Of a DNA stretch of 51,723 nucleotides, positions 10,400 through 22,620 are shown piece by piece. Source of the stretch: Octopus bimaculoides (lineage: Eukaryota); contig NC_068982.1 of assembly GCF_001194135.2 (NCBI RefSeq), positions 90,408,070-90,459,792 on the forward strand, in the 5' to 3' direction. The notes under the pieces were generated by a model, which ran no database searches, had not been told where the DNA came from, and saw only the letters and a list, made by a program, of their open reading frames with translations. Numbering within the stretch: the stretch's first letter is position 1; each line of letters starts with the position of its first letter. A program made the position numbers and the translations under genes.

Positions 10400-10555
10400 C
10401 TTCTTTCAGTTTCCATCTACCAAATCCACTCACAAGGCTTTGGTCGGTACGAGGCTATAGTAGAAGACACTTACCCAAGGTGACACGCAGCAGACTGAAT
10501 CCAGAACCATGTGGTTGGGAAGCAATCTCCTTACCACACAGCTATGCCTGCGCCT
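10400..10555 (-). mobile_element. Family A SINE head (tRNA + CORE part)
   Basis: cttctttcagtttccatctaccaaatccactcacaaggctttgg...ttaccacacagctatgcctgcgcct is the reverse complement of the head of the 9050 copy. Confidence 0.9.
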
Positions 10556-10564
10556 CCACACACA

Positions 10565-10781
10565 CACGGCGGTACTGAAAAGTCCCTGGCTTTAAGGATA
10601 TCGCGAAAGGCTAGGTGGGAAGCCCAACCTTCCGAGTTGTTTTACAGGACTTAGAAAAATTGAAGGATTGCTGCTATAGTCTGTGAATCTGAGGGGAATA
10701 TATGTTGAATAAAATCCTAATTAACCAATCCTCCCGTATTTTGTTTTACCAAAAGTGAGGAACTCTTCAGTACTCTTCGTG
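10565..10781 (-). mobile_element. Mariner-derived MITE, copy 2
   Basis: TIRs cacggcggtactgaaaagtccctggcttt and aaaagtgaggaactcttcagtactcttcgtg. The interior is the reverse complement of 731-938. Confidence 0.8.
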
Positions 10782-10860
10782 TATGTATACATATGTGTGT
10801 GTTCGTATGTGTGTGGGGGGCGTGTTTTTGTGTTCGTGTATGTGTGGGTGCGGCGTGTTT

Positions 10861-10865
<5 letters not shown>

Positions 10866-10932
<67 letters not shown>
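10866..10932. repeat. (GT)n microsatellite
   Basis: Direct observation. Confidence 0.95.
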
Positions 10933-10934
<2 letters not shown>

Positions 10935-11169
10935 AACTTTATGTCTAAAACCGAGATGACAGGTTAGGTCCTGGAATACTCAAGACGGATGCATGGCATG
11001 TCGCTTAGTCGAATTAGCTCATTATTTGTTCCACAGATATTTTATGTCGATACTGCACTTCCCCTTATCATATGTTTTAACAAAACTGTAATATATGTAT
11101 ACAAACTATGCTATTTTAATCCCGAGCAACGTCGGGTATCTCACGTAGTCCATAATAAATATTTAACGC

Positions 11170-11507
11170 TACTTTGGCGAAGAGAATAAAAACAGGAGGG
11201 ACAGACCAACCGTAGAAGAGAGGAGGAGTTGGAGAGAGAAGTTGGAGAGAGAAGTTGGAGAGAGGATGAGATGGAGAGAGCGAGGGGGTAGAAGAGAGTT
11301 TTTATGATAACAATAATATATTGTGCCAAGACAATATGTACAACTACATGAGCAAAGAGAGACAATTAGAAAGACGTGGAGAAGAAACGAGATAAATGGA
11401 GAAAGGAAGACGTCGAATTTAGGAAAGAAGGAAAGAAAGAAATCCAGAAACGAAGAAAACAAATGGAAAGAATTAAAAGCTTGTGCTTATGTGTATGTAT
11501 GTGTGAG

Positions 11508-11556
<49 letters not shown>

Positions 11557-11671
11557 CTGCATGCGCGCGTGCAAGGTGTATGTGTTGGTGTGTTTCTACG
11601 CCGTATGTGTCTGTGATTGTGTGCGTACGCGTGTTAGAGTGTGACTGCGTGTCTGCGTTCGCCTGTGTGTA

Positions 11672-11741
<70 letters not shown>

Positions 11742-12019
11742 CAGACAGAGTAATAGACTGGCACAGAGGAAAGCTACGTGTTTAGAGCTTTGGTAAAGTA
11801 CATCTGCATCACAGTTACTACTGTAATGTTAGAGAAGGAGAATAGAGAGAGGTGGCGTCGGGGGAGATAGAGAGACATATAGAGAGACAATCACATATAG
11901 ACAGTAGCAGGCACAAAGACGGAGATATTGACTGAGAAGAAGACAGACAGAGTCTGGGGGAAATACTACGAGAGATACGTAAAAAGACAAGACAGAACCA
12001 GCGATAGACAGACAGATAA

Positions 12020-12096
<77 letters not shown>

Positions 12097-12840
12097 GACG
12101 GAGAGAGAGAGCGAGAGACATTGAAACAGCGGGTAAGAATCAGCAAAGAGAGAGGAAGACATAAGAGAGAGCTAGAAATAAACACTGGCAGGCATAGAGT
12201 TAGAGAGAGAATAACCGACAGAGAGAATGAGATGAAGGGGTAGATAGACAGACAGGTAAATAGAGAAAGGCATAGAGTAAAAGAAATTGATTAAAAGATA
12301 GATAGACACAAAAGCAGAAATAAATGAACAGACAATGAGCATAGAGGGACAGAAAAGCCACAAGTAAAATATAATGAGAGAGAGAGAGAGTGGGGAGAGA
12401 CAAACAGACAGGCACAGGTTGAGAAAACAGACAGAAAGAAATAGATAGTTATAGACAAAGAGGCAGGAAGAATTAGAAACGGTAAACATGCAGACAGGAC
12501 AGTATTAAGCAAGACAAGAAGAGACAACGGAACACATGCAAATTAACATTGAAGAAAAGAGAGAAAGACAGATACATAGATGAAGAGAAACATACAGAGA
12601 TGGACATAGAGAGAGAAAGAGAGACGTCGTTGATAGAATTCAACGGTGTTGTGTAATAGACGTTCATATTTACCGCTTAACCATATCTTGTGATTATATA
12701 TACACACACACACACGGCCACGCACAAGGAGATGCGAGTAGGGAAGTGAGGAAGAAAGGGAGAAAGGGAGTAAGAAACAGATATGGAAGGTGATACAAAC
12801 AAACCAGAAAATACTAAGAGATGGATAGATAGACGGAGTG

Positions 12841-12893
<53 letters not shown>

Positions 12894-12998
12894 GGGAGAG
12901 ATTGAGAGAGAGACGGGAGGAGAATGCGTGAGAAAAGGATAGAAATGAGTGAGCGAGAAGACATGACAAACAGACCGAGTTAAACTAGGATAAACACT

Positions 12999-13038
<40 letters not shown>

Positions 13039-15300
13039 AGAGAGAGAAGAGAATGATAAAAAGATGATAGAGCAGAGAGAGAATAATAGAAAGAACAATA
13101 TGAAAAAAAAAGTGAGGTCAAGAAAGGAGAGAAAGAAAAAGTGAGACGGAAGGAGAAGGAGGAGGAGGAGGAGGAGGGAGAAGGAGGAGGAGGAGGAGAA
13201 GGAAAAGAATGTAAAAAAAAACAACGTTTGAGTTGTTGGCACTAAGATAGAGGAAGGAAGAAAAATGATGTAGCATAATGCAATATAAGAGAGAGAGAAA
13301 GACAGAGAGAGACAGACAGAGAGAAAGAGAGAAAGAGAGAGAGAGAATGAAGAAGGTAGTAGTAGGAGAAAGATAGAAGGGTATAAGGTAAAAAGGAAAG
13401 CCAAAAGAGTTGGAGGAATTTGAAAGTGAGAAGTCAAAGGTTAGTGTAGTAGATTATAGTACAGTACTAGTGTGACATTTACTACTGTATCACATGTCAG
13501 GGATTTGTATAGTGAGTGAAAGAAAGAGAGAGGGAAAGAGGGAGAGAGAGAGGGGGAAGGAAGGGGAGAAAGAGAGGGGGAAGGAAGGGGAGAAAGAGAA
13601 GGAGAAATGGAGGAACGGAGAATAGGGATAGAGAGAGGAGAAGTAAAATAGATTGTACTCTCTTTCATTCTTTCTCTCTGGGATCGATAGAGAAAAAGGA
13701 AGAAACTGCAAAAAGTGTTTGAGATGAAGAGAGGGAGAGAGAGAGAGAAAGAGAGAGGGGAAGAAAGATCAACTGAGAAGCTAATAGAGAGGAGAAGGGG
13801 GTGAAGTCAGAGTATAGTAAGTACTATAATGCATAAATTTGATATTTTCCACTAATATCACATGTCGAGAAATAACAGGTGTATAGAGAGATATATAGGA
13901 AGTTCGTTTTATATATTAGAAAGAGATTGTGCGCAAGGAAGAGAGAGGGGGGGAAGAATCAGAGAGAGAAGGGAGAGAGGGAATGAGAGATGGTGTTAAA
14001 AGATGAGGGCTGAGAGAAATAGATGGAGGAGGACATAGAAGAGAAACGTTAGGCTTATAGGGTTGTACGACCAGATTAACATTTAGCACGACTTCATGTC
14101 ACAAAAACTTAATCGGAGAGAGAGAGGGGGGAGGGAGAGAGAGAGGAAGAGAGAGAGAGAAAGGGAGAGAGAGAGAGAGAGAGAGGAAGTGAGAGAGAGA
14201 GAGAGAGCAAGAGAGAGAGCGCAAGAGAGAGAGAGAGAGCGCAAGAGAGAGAGAGAGCGCAAGAGAGAGAGAGCGCAAGAGAGAGAGAGCGCAAGAGAGA
14301 GAGAGAGTGTGTATCTGTGACATACAGAGAGTGAGTTTGTGTTAAAGGTTNNNNNNNNNNNNNNNNNNNNNNNNNNNNNNNNNNNNNNNNNNNNNNNNNN
14401 NNNNNNNNNNNNNNNNNNNNNNNNNNNNNNNNNNNNNNNNNNNNNNNNNNNNNNNNNNNNNNNNNNNNNNNNNNNNNNNNNNNNNNNNNNNNNNNNNNNN
14501 NNNNNNNNNNNNNNNNNNNNNNNNNNNNNNNNNNNNNNNNNNNNNNNNNNNNNNNNNNNNNNNNNNNNNNNNNNNNNNNNNNNNNNNNNNNNNNNNNNNN
14601 NNNNNNNNNNNNNNNNNNNNNNNNNNNNNNNNNNNNNNNNNNNNNNNNNNNNNNNNNNNNNNNNNNNNNNNNNNNNNNNNNNNNNNNNNNNNNNNNNNNN
14701 NNNNNNNNNNNNNNNNNNNNNNNNNNNNNNNNNNNNNNNNNNNNNNNNNNNNNNNNNNNNNNNNNNNNNNNNNNNNNNNNNNNNNNNNNNNNNNNNNNNN
14801 NNNNNNNNNNNNNNNNNNNNNNNNNNNNNNNNNNNNNNNNNNNNNNNNNNNNNNNNNNNNNNNNNNNNNNNNNNNNNNNNNNNNNNNNNNNNNNNNNNNN
14901 NNNNNNNNNNNNNNNNNNNNNNNNNNNNNNNNNNNNNNNNNNNNNNNNNNNNNNNNNNNNNNNNNNNNNNNNNNNNNNNNNNNNNNNNNNNNNNNNNNNN
15001 NNNNNNNNNNNNNNNNNNNNNNNNNNNNNNNNNNNNNNNNNNNNNNNNNNNNNNNNNNNNNNNNNNNNNNNNNNNNNNNNNNNNNNNNNNNNNNNNNNNN
15101 NNNNNNNNNNNNNNNNNNNNNNNNNNNNNNNNNNNNNNNNNNNNNNNNNNNNNNNNNNNNNNGACAGACCGTGAAGGAGAAAGAAAGATGGACAAACAGA
15201 AAAAGAGAGAAACATACACAACAACACAGGTAATTAGACAGACAGAGGGGAAAAACAAATAGAGATAGACAGGGAGACAGACAGCTAGGTCGAAAACGAA
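11170..15300 (+). repeat. Extended purine-rich low-complexity domain with (GA)n, (GATA)n, (GGA)n and GACA variants, interspersed (GT)n, and a gap at 14351-15162
   Basis: The plus strand is dominated by A/G. It includes (GATA)n at ~12012-12096, (GA)n at ~12844-12889 and ~13000-13035, (GGA)n at ~13150-13200, and (GA)n-GCGCAA units at ~14207-14307. Confidence 0.9.
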
Positions 15301-15792
15301 AGTGAAAATAAGAGTTTTATAATATAGAACATCAAATCTGATACATACGTATCCACATATATACATATATACATACACACACACATACACACACATGCAC
15401 ACACATAGACACACACACATACATACACATAGACAAACACATACACACACACACATACATACACATAGACAAACACATACACACACACATATGTATATAT
15501 ATACACAGATACACATCACACTTAAATTAGAAATACGTGATACAATGAAAGAGAGAATGGAGGAGAAAAGCAGAGAAGGAAAAGAGAAAGAGAAGAAGAG
15601 CATTGAAACTTATTATACATCATATTTAGGCATTTTTACCATACTACAAGACTAGCAGCACACCGCTAACCACCTGCTTTTGTTTCTATTTGTAGCCAAT
15701 ACGGAACTACATCGGAATATCAGTCACATAGTGGCTCTAAATCCATCGATTATAGCAATAGCTTTCTGTGTCTGTGTACGCCTGTGTACGTA

Positions 15793-15793
<1 letters not shown>

Positions 15794-15837
<44 letters not shown>

Positions 15838-15843
15838 GCGCGC

Positions 15844-15907
<64 letters not shown>
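15794..15907. repeat. Compound (CA)n-(CG)n-(TA)n alternating purine/pyrimidine tract
   Basis: Direct observation; one interruption at 15835. Confidence 0.95.
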
Positions 15908-15908
<1 letters not shown>

Positions 15909-16199
15909 GAGACGGTGTATGTAGAGTTAGTGTTGTAGGGTCTTTGTAAATTGATTTTGCGACATGGTTTTAGTTTCCGCTAACAGTCCTTTCACTTTAC
16001 TTTTGAGGCTGAACTCGCTGGGAATCATGCGTCCAACTTTCCATTTCTATGTTACTTAGAAGACAATGGAGCTGATCATCCATTTTTAGATATTTCTGAG
16101 TATAAGAAATTGCGCAATTGACTACATCACACTTGCGTGAGATAAATAATTTATTGATTGATCAAGATCAAACTGATTGATATATTCAGTGTGTTTGTA

Positions 16200-16240
<41 letters not shown>

Positions 16241-17011
16241 TGATTAGTGTCTTAGAAAGGCGATAATCACTGTGGACTTTACTAGATCAACAATGTCGAA
16301 CGCTCTATTGATTTTATCATAACAATTTCTGAGGAAGTGCATTTATTAAATCGATCCCATAGTTGAATATTATTTATCGTCATCAGCCAGTTGCCCTCCC
16401 TGTCTCTATGGGTCGGCTTGTCAAGCCTCTTCGGTTCCCGCTGAGTTGTGCTGCATACACAATAAGCCAGGATTATGTTTCTAGTCCATTCTTTCATGTC
16501 GTCATATATATTTTGAATTGCTAAGTCTAATTCTGCGGACTGTGGTTTCAGATCTAAAGAGACAAAACCTAGATACTACTTCTACGTTTCCTCCAGCGCT
16601 TTACTAATTAAGTTATTGAGCTTTCTCCTAAGATCATTCGACTGTGACAGCAGTGACAACATCCTTCAGTGAGGCCACTCCACCGTCCACGCTTTTACCT
16701 ATATCTATTTTTTTTATACAACTGCAAAGTCTGTGGGTTCTATCCCATCAGTAGTGGTGCCGAGTAACCCTTGCCCGGATATTTAATCTCCCACCATTCA
16801 GCCACGGAATCAATAGTTTTGTATCCTGTCAATTGTAGTGACCATTGACCATCGCAAAGACAATGGATTGCCGTTCACTTCAAACCAAGTGTAGTTTATA
16901 GGTAATAGTGACACGCCTACACTAAAAACAGTGAGGGTCAATCATAAACAAAACGTCTTTTCTGTTTTCGATCTCGTCTCCCATCTTTATCTCTGAAAAC
17001 ATGTATAACAA

Positions 17012-17155
17012 TACGGCTAAAATGTTCTCTTTACGACCATGTAGTTCCGGGTTCTATCTCACTGCGCGGTATGTTGAGAAAATGTTTCTAACATAAACTC
17101 ATATCGACCAAAGCATTGTGAGTGAAATTTGACAGAAGGAAACTGAATGGAAGTT
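17012..17155 (+). mobile_element. Family A SINE head, degenerate
   Basis: catgtagttccgggttctatctcactgcgcgg...gaccaaagcattgtgagtgaaatttgacagaaggaaactgaa. Confidence 0.7.
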
Positions 17156-17639
17156 CCCTGCATTTATAGGGGGAGTTTAGTATATTTAATCCGTCCCCTG
17201 GTTTAACACTACCACTTGGTGGTTGTGTCCTTCAGCTGAGTTCACTCTGTTGCAAATAATCGGGACAGACCTCTGGTTTTAAAATGATTAACCCCTTCTT
17301 CCTCCCCACGATCATGAAACTCCCGAAAAAAGGTCATGGGCGCTGCCCTTCTTAGCCACATAAGAAAAATAAAATAACAATCTCCATATATTTCCTTATC
17401 AGTCTTTAGTGATGAGTTCAAGCCTGGCCACCGGTATTCCAGATAACCTTTCCTAAAATGTATGTAGACACGCTAACTAGAAGGTCAGCAGAAATCGTCT
17501 ACAGCTTAATTAAGAACTTTCCTTTGATCGTTTATTACCTTGTGAGACTATTCGATTACACAACTGAAAATCAATACACTACCTATTAGTGTTCTGTTAG
17601 TTTAGAGTTCCACCTCTAAGTAATTCCCCCTAACCAATA

Positions 17640-18141
17640 CCTCTCCCTCAGTTCGCTCTTTCTTTCTCTCTCTTTCTTTCTTTCTCTCTCTCTCTCTTTC
17701 TTTCTCTCTCTCCCTCAGTTCTCTCTCTCTCTCTCTCCCTCTCTCTCTCTCCCCCCTCTCTCTCTCTCTCTCTTTTGCCGTTTGTCAGCCTTCTGTTTAC
17801 ATTTGTTTTTCTTACCTTTCTTCTGCTTGTGTGTCTCTGTCACACTCTCCTGTCTTTCTTTCTTTGTCGCGTTCTTTCACTCTCACTCTCCCTCTCTCTT
17901 TCTTTCATTCTCCCTCTCTCTGTGATCTTACCACTATTTCTGCTAAATAAGTGAAATCTCTATAATACAGCTTATCGCCACTGATAGGATTCATTGCTCT
18001 TGTCGCAGCTCAATATCTAAAATGTGTGAGATTCTTAAGTCTTAACCTAAATATGTTTCACATTCATAACAGTCGAAACAGTGGCGAGTTAAATCACTAA
18101 AATTGACATAAACTAGAGACAGCAGCTAAATATACCTTAAA

Positions 18142-18220
<79 letters not shown>
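17640..18220. repeat. CT-rich low-complexity tracts
   Basis: (CT)n variants at ~17640-17930 and ~18145-18220. Confidence 0.85.
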
Positions 18221-18679
18221 NNNNNNNNNNNNNNNNNNNNNNNNNNNNNNNNNNNNNNNNNNNNNNNNNNNNNNNNNNNNNNNNNNNNNNNNNNNNNNNN
18301 NNNNNNNNNNNNNNNNNNNNNNNNNNNNNNNNNNNNNNNNNNNNNNNNNNNNNNNNNNNNNNNNNNNNNNNNNNNNNNNNNNNNNNNNNNNNNNNNNNNN
18401 NNNNNNNNNNNNNNNNNNNNNNNNNNNNNNNNNNNNNNNNNNNNNNNNNNNNNNNNNNNNNNNNNNNNNNNNNNNNNNNNNNNNNNNNNNNNNNNNNNNN
18501 NNNNNNNNNNNNNNNNNGAACTAAAAAATCGTTAATAAACCATTCAAATTGTCGCCATTTTAAAAGCATAGATATTCAATTTAAAGTTTTTTGTTTATTA
18601 TTCGCAAATATTTGCAACTAGGGTAACATGCTCAAACATTAATTTGATGACTAAAGCGTTAAACTTATAGAATTCGTTA

Positions 18680-18680
18680 C

Positions 18681-18761
<81 letters not shown>

Positions 18762-18778
18762 ATATATATATATATATC
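18680..18778. repeat. (TA)n(TG)n(TA)n compound microsatellite
   Basis: Direct observation. Confidence 0.95.
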
Positions 18779-19405
18779 AAGAATGTGCTTAAATTTATGG
18801 AATAATTTGAAGTCTTTGAAATGCTATAGACTTAAAATATATGTAGAAACATTTTCACTTCAAATAAGTTAAATTGCTGAAAATTTTCAGACTTCTAAAT
18901 CATTAATATGGCTATTGATTTTAAACACATAAATATTGTCATTTATAATTCAACACACTTCTTAAATCAGAAAATGTTGGAAAATAAAAGGAATACATTT
19001 AAAACACATTTAAAACATTCCACAATCAGAAAAAGTCGAACATTTAAAACATGTAGATAAGATCTTTCATTGCTAAAAACAAATATTTTAACTCATATAG
19101 TTCTTATTATGCTTATTTTACCTCTTTTCCTCCTCCTTCTCCTCCTGTTGCTACTACTTCACTGCGTTGATTACAATGACGGTTACAAAATATATCCCGT
19201 TATTTATAGTATTTCTGTGGCATTATTCCGAGTCATCTTTCAAAGATAATAATACCTGGGTTCTCTGGTCCTCACTAGAATACCATCACCGTTGGATTTT
19301 ACACTCTCATTTGTTTTCAAACGCCAAACGTCATTTAGAAAATTCATCCGCTATTCGAAACCGTATTCCTTGCTTGAATACGTTAGGGTGTCATCAGTAA
19401 TACCC

Positions 19406-19548
19406 AATTATATCAGCCCAGTACTTGAATAGCAATTTATTTTAGTGACATCGAAAGAACGAAAAATAAATTTGACTTTAGCAGGATTTGAATTCATAAT
19501 GTAAAGAATAGGAAATAAATATCGCAAGATACTTCATACAACGGCCTT
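19406..19548 (-). mobile_element. Family B SINE, very degenerate
   Basis: cccagtacttgaatagcaatttattttagtgacatcgaaagaacgaaaaataaatttgactttagcaggatttgaattcataatgtaaag is the reverse complement of the family B body. Confidence 0.55.
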
Positions 19549-19594
19549 ATTGATTTTTCAAATACACCCTCCATAAATTGAAAACAATTTTGTA

Positions 19595-19690
19595 TCACTG
19601 TTTACATTAGTCAGCGTGTTGTTCTCATTTTGATTGTTGTTTTCACTTCGTTTCGGCTGTTGTACGCTCAAATCCTCTTCAAGTATCTTG
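19595..19690 (-). mobile_element. Penelope-like element 3' tail (pLTR) remnant with a hammerhead-like motif
   Basis: Minus strand: acTTGAAGAggatttgagcgtacaacagccGAAACgaagtgaaaacaacaatcaaaatgag, i.e. a CTGANGA...GAAAC arrangement with C3 changed to T and a degenerate stem II. Confidence 0.5.
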
Positions 19691-19970
19691 TGATTCGCCT
19701 TAGTACTTTGACTTGGATTGAACTTAAAACATCTAATTGACTGCACTGCATTAACCAAAGCTTTTGTCCGCTACGCTATNNNNNNNNNNNNNNNNNNNNN
19801 NNNNNNNNNNNNNNNNNNNNNNNNNNNNNNNNNNNNNNNNNNNNNNNNNNNNNNNNNNNNNNNNNNNNNNNNNNNNNNNNNNNNNNNNNNNNNNNNNNNN
19901 NNNNNNNNNNNNNNNNNNNNNNNNNNNNNNNNNNNNNGTGTAGTGGGTGTGCGTGCGTGTGTGTATTAAT

Positions 19971-20087
19971 ATGAAATATGAAAGGAATTGTTGTATACAA
20001 TGTTCCGGTTCACTAGAACAGTGCGACTCAAGGTCTGAGTGTTTTGTGAGTTGCAACTTGCTAACGTGCGAGATACTGGGACATTGA
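19971..20087 (+). other. 38-aa Cys-rich small ORF (unverified)
   Basis: MKYERNCCIQCSGSLEQCDSRSECFVSCNLLTCEILGH*, with 7 Cys and no signal peptide. It sits next to a gap and may be chance. Confidence 0.1.
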
Positions 20088-20729
20088 GTCATTCTGTTAC
20101 ATCTGGTAAATATTAGTAAAAACATACATATGCACAGATTTTTAGTTCCTATTTTTCCTGCTTGCAGCAACATACCTATATATATATATATATATATGAA
20201 ATTTGAGGTGAAAAATCACAGAAATCTTGTTTGTGTAGATAAAAATCCATCGCAACATGTACAGTCAACCAGTTTCGCTTCGCTAATCATGACTCAATGT
20301 TATGAAATCTTAATAAGTTTTTAAAAAATTAATCTTGCGTAGAAGCCTATATGATACAGTTTGGCGGTTATACAGGAGAGTATAGCTCAAAGAAGATTAT
20401 AATCAGTGAATATAATGTTTTTTAGCTAAAGAGATAATTAGTAGATATGATATTTCTAAGGGGTAGTAATTTTTTTCCCCTTTTTCCGGTTGTTTTTTTT
20501 TTTTTATTTGTGAAGTCTATTATACATTCCTGTTAAGTTCTGGTTTACATTTTTTAATAAACGTAGCCTCTTTATTTTGTCGTTTTGAGCTGAGGTCCTT
20601 CCCGTGCATTGGTATAATGTGAATATTGTGACTTATGGTTGGCGTTCCTTAGCACATCCTTTTATGTGACCACAGAATGGTATTTGACGGTATTGGGGGT
20701 GGTAGATTTTTTATTTGTGTAGTGTACAT

Positions 20730-20975
20730 CTACGTCTTAGGGACATTCCTGTTGAACCTATATAGCTCCTGTTGCCAGACATCGGATCTTCCAGCAGTCA
20801 CCCTCTTGATCCAGGGCAGCACTACCTCCGCCAGGAACTTGATGTAGATCTCTGTGTTTAGTGTGAGGCCGTGTGAGATGATAAATGGAGGCATAACGTC
20901 GCCATCACTAGTGATCACTCCACACGCAATGATGTTGATTGGATGTTTGATTTTTATCACTCTCGGTACATGTCC
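20730..20975 (-). mobile_element. Tc1/mariner DD37D (maT-like) transposase fragment
   Basis: ORF KHPINIIACGVITSDGDVMPPFIISHGLTLNTEIYIKFLAEVVLPWIKRVTAGRSDVWQQ matches the DD37D-type region KHP..VMV.GV.SS.GDVMPP.F...GL.LN...Y...L..VV.PW......GR.YVWQQD. Confidence 0.8.
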
Positions 20976-21361
20976 TCAGATTGACACCTAAACCCTCTGA
21001 AATGTTCGTATATGAACTAGACGACGAAATAAAAAAACAAACAATGCTCACGCACGAAATTAAAAATGTTTAAAATATAAAATGGCGAAAATGTACCCTC
21101 AAATATACTGCAAAAAAGATAGGGAATTTTACAGCAACACAGGGAAAGAATTGACAGAATCGACACGCATTGGATAGAAAGCTTTACTTTTTATAAATCT
21201 TAAATCAGGAATTATTCTGAAATTTCAGCAAACAAAGAAATTTGAATCATAAAAATTAAACCATGATTCATTCCACTGTTAGGAATATAAAACTCCGCGT
21301 AGCTGGACATTTACAGGGTACAGTTAAAATCATTCTCTGCTAAAATTCTCTTCACTCCTAG

Positions 21362-21428
21362 AATCAACTCTGTCAAGGTTAACTTTGCTTTTCAACCTTT
21401 CGTGTTCGATAAAATAAAAGACCAATCC
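21362..21428 (+). mobile_element. Family B SINE central-motif fragment
   Basis: gtcaaggttaactttgcttttcaacctttcgtgttcgataaaataaaagacc. Confidence 0.55.
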
Positions 21429-22181
21429 AGGACAAAGGATCTGTGAAATTGGTATAACATCGGACGAGATATGTTGTAGCTTCACGTTCTGTCTTCAAGA
21501 GAGGGTTTTTCCCCTAAATACTAGAATTGTTTTCTTCCTTGCAGTATGAAATTTATCTCCAGGTTTGAATCACATTATTGCATTTGACAGACACAGCATT
21601 TGAATACCTTTCTGACTCTGTGCAATCTAAGTTTACACCCAGCCTCCTCTCACCAGAAAAAATATAATGTCTATATTAGGAGTTACTACTTACAGTATTA
21701 GCAGTTTGAAAAAAACTAATGGAATCCTGAGTTCCATGGTTCGATCGAAAAATCAGTAGCTAAACCCCATACTGCCACATCACCATGCACGATGTCCCGA
21801 TGATTCGGTGACTCTTCATCTCTTTGGTTAATATTGAAAAGAAGACAATTACTCACGCAATTTATAGTGGTTGTTGACATCACGAGTGGTTGGTATGAAA
21901 ATCGGTCTTGAACAAACAAAAGTGGTTACTTAATATGTCGCAAGAAACAATACTTATCTCAGAAAAACAGAGACAAATTCACTCAGTATTTTAGAATAGG
22001 ATATAAGTTATAAAAGTTAAATACATTTCGCGATCAATATATTATATAGTTGCAAGTAAATCTACGAAGTTCAGATAATCATGATATTTAATTACTAAGA
22101 TTGCACAACGACTCAACAGACAGACGGTGTTATAACTTTATGTCAATGTCATTTATATAAATTTTATGTATAAAATCATGA

Positions 22182-22189
22182 TTGTGTGT

Positions 22190-22284
<95 letters not shown>

Positions 22285-22620
22285 TTTATACATGTAAATC
22301 TTTATTGAAAGTCACTCAACAAGTAAAGTGCTTTTGGCATTTCACATGTGAACATGTCAGCTAACATTGATGAAAACCATTACAACTGCACACGTCGCAC
22401 GTGTTCATACATACATGTATGAGTGTATCTGTTCTTGTATATGCTGCTAGTATTCATGTTGCCTCTCTCTCTCTTACTCTCTCTCTCACTCTCTCTCTCT
22501 CTCACTTTCTCTCTCTCTCACTCTCTCTCTCACTCTCTCTCTCACTCCCTCTCTCTCTCACTCTCTCTCTCACTCTCTCTCTCTCACTCTCTCTCTCATA
22601 TATGTATGTATGTATGTAAA
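22182..22620. repeat. (GT)n at ~22182-22281 and (CT)n/(CTCTCTCA)n at ~22464-22596
   Basis: Direct observation. Confidence 0.9.

Noticed and set aside
11169-14323. Many 70-190 aa ORFs rich in LS, ER, CV, HT or IY repeats
   Set aside because: These are translations of dinucleotide and tetranucleotide microsatellites.
16282-16497. 71-aa minus-strand ORF
   Set aside because: No homology recognised and no strong splice sites.
16800-16885. DNGLPFTS, resembling the Gypsy integrase DNGxxFTS motif
   Set aside because: The spacing to the upstream HGI is wrong, stops flank it, and no other integrase or LTR features are present.
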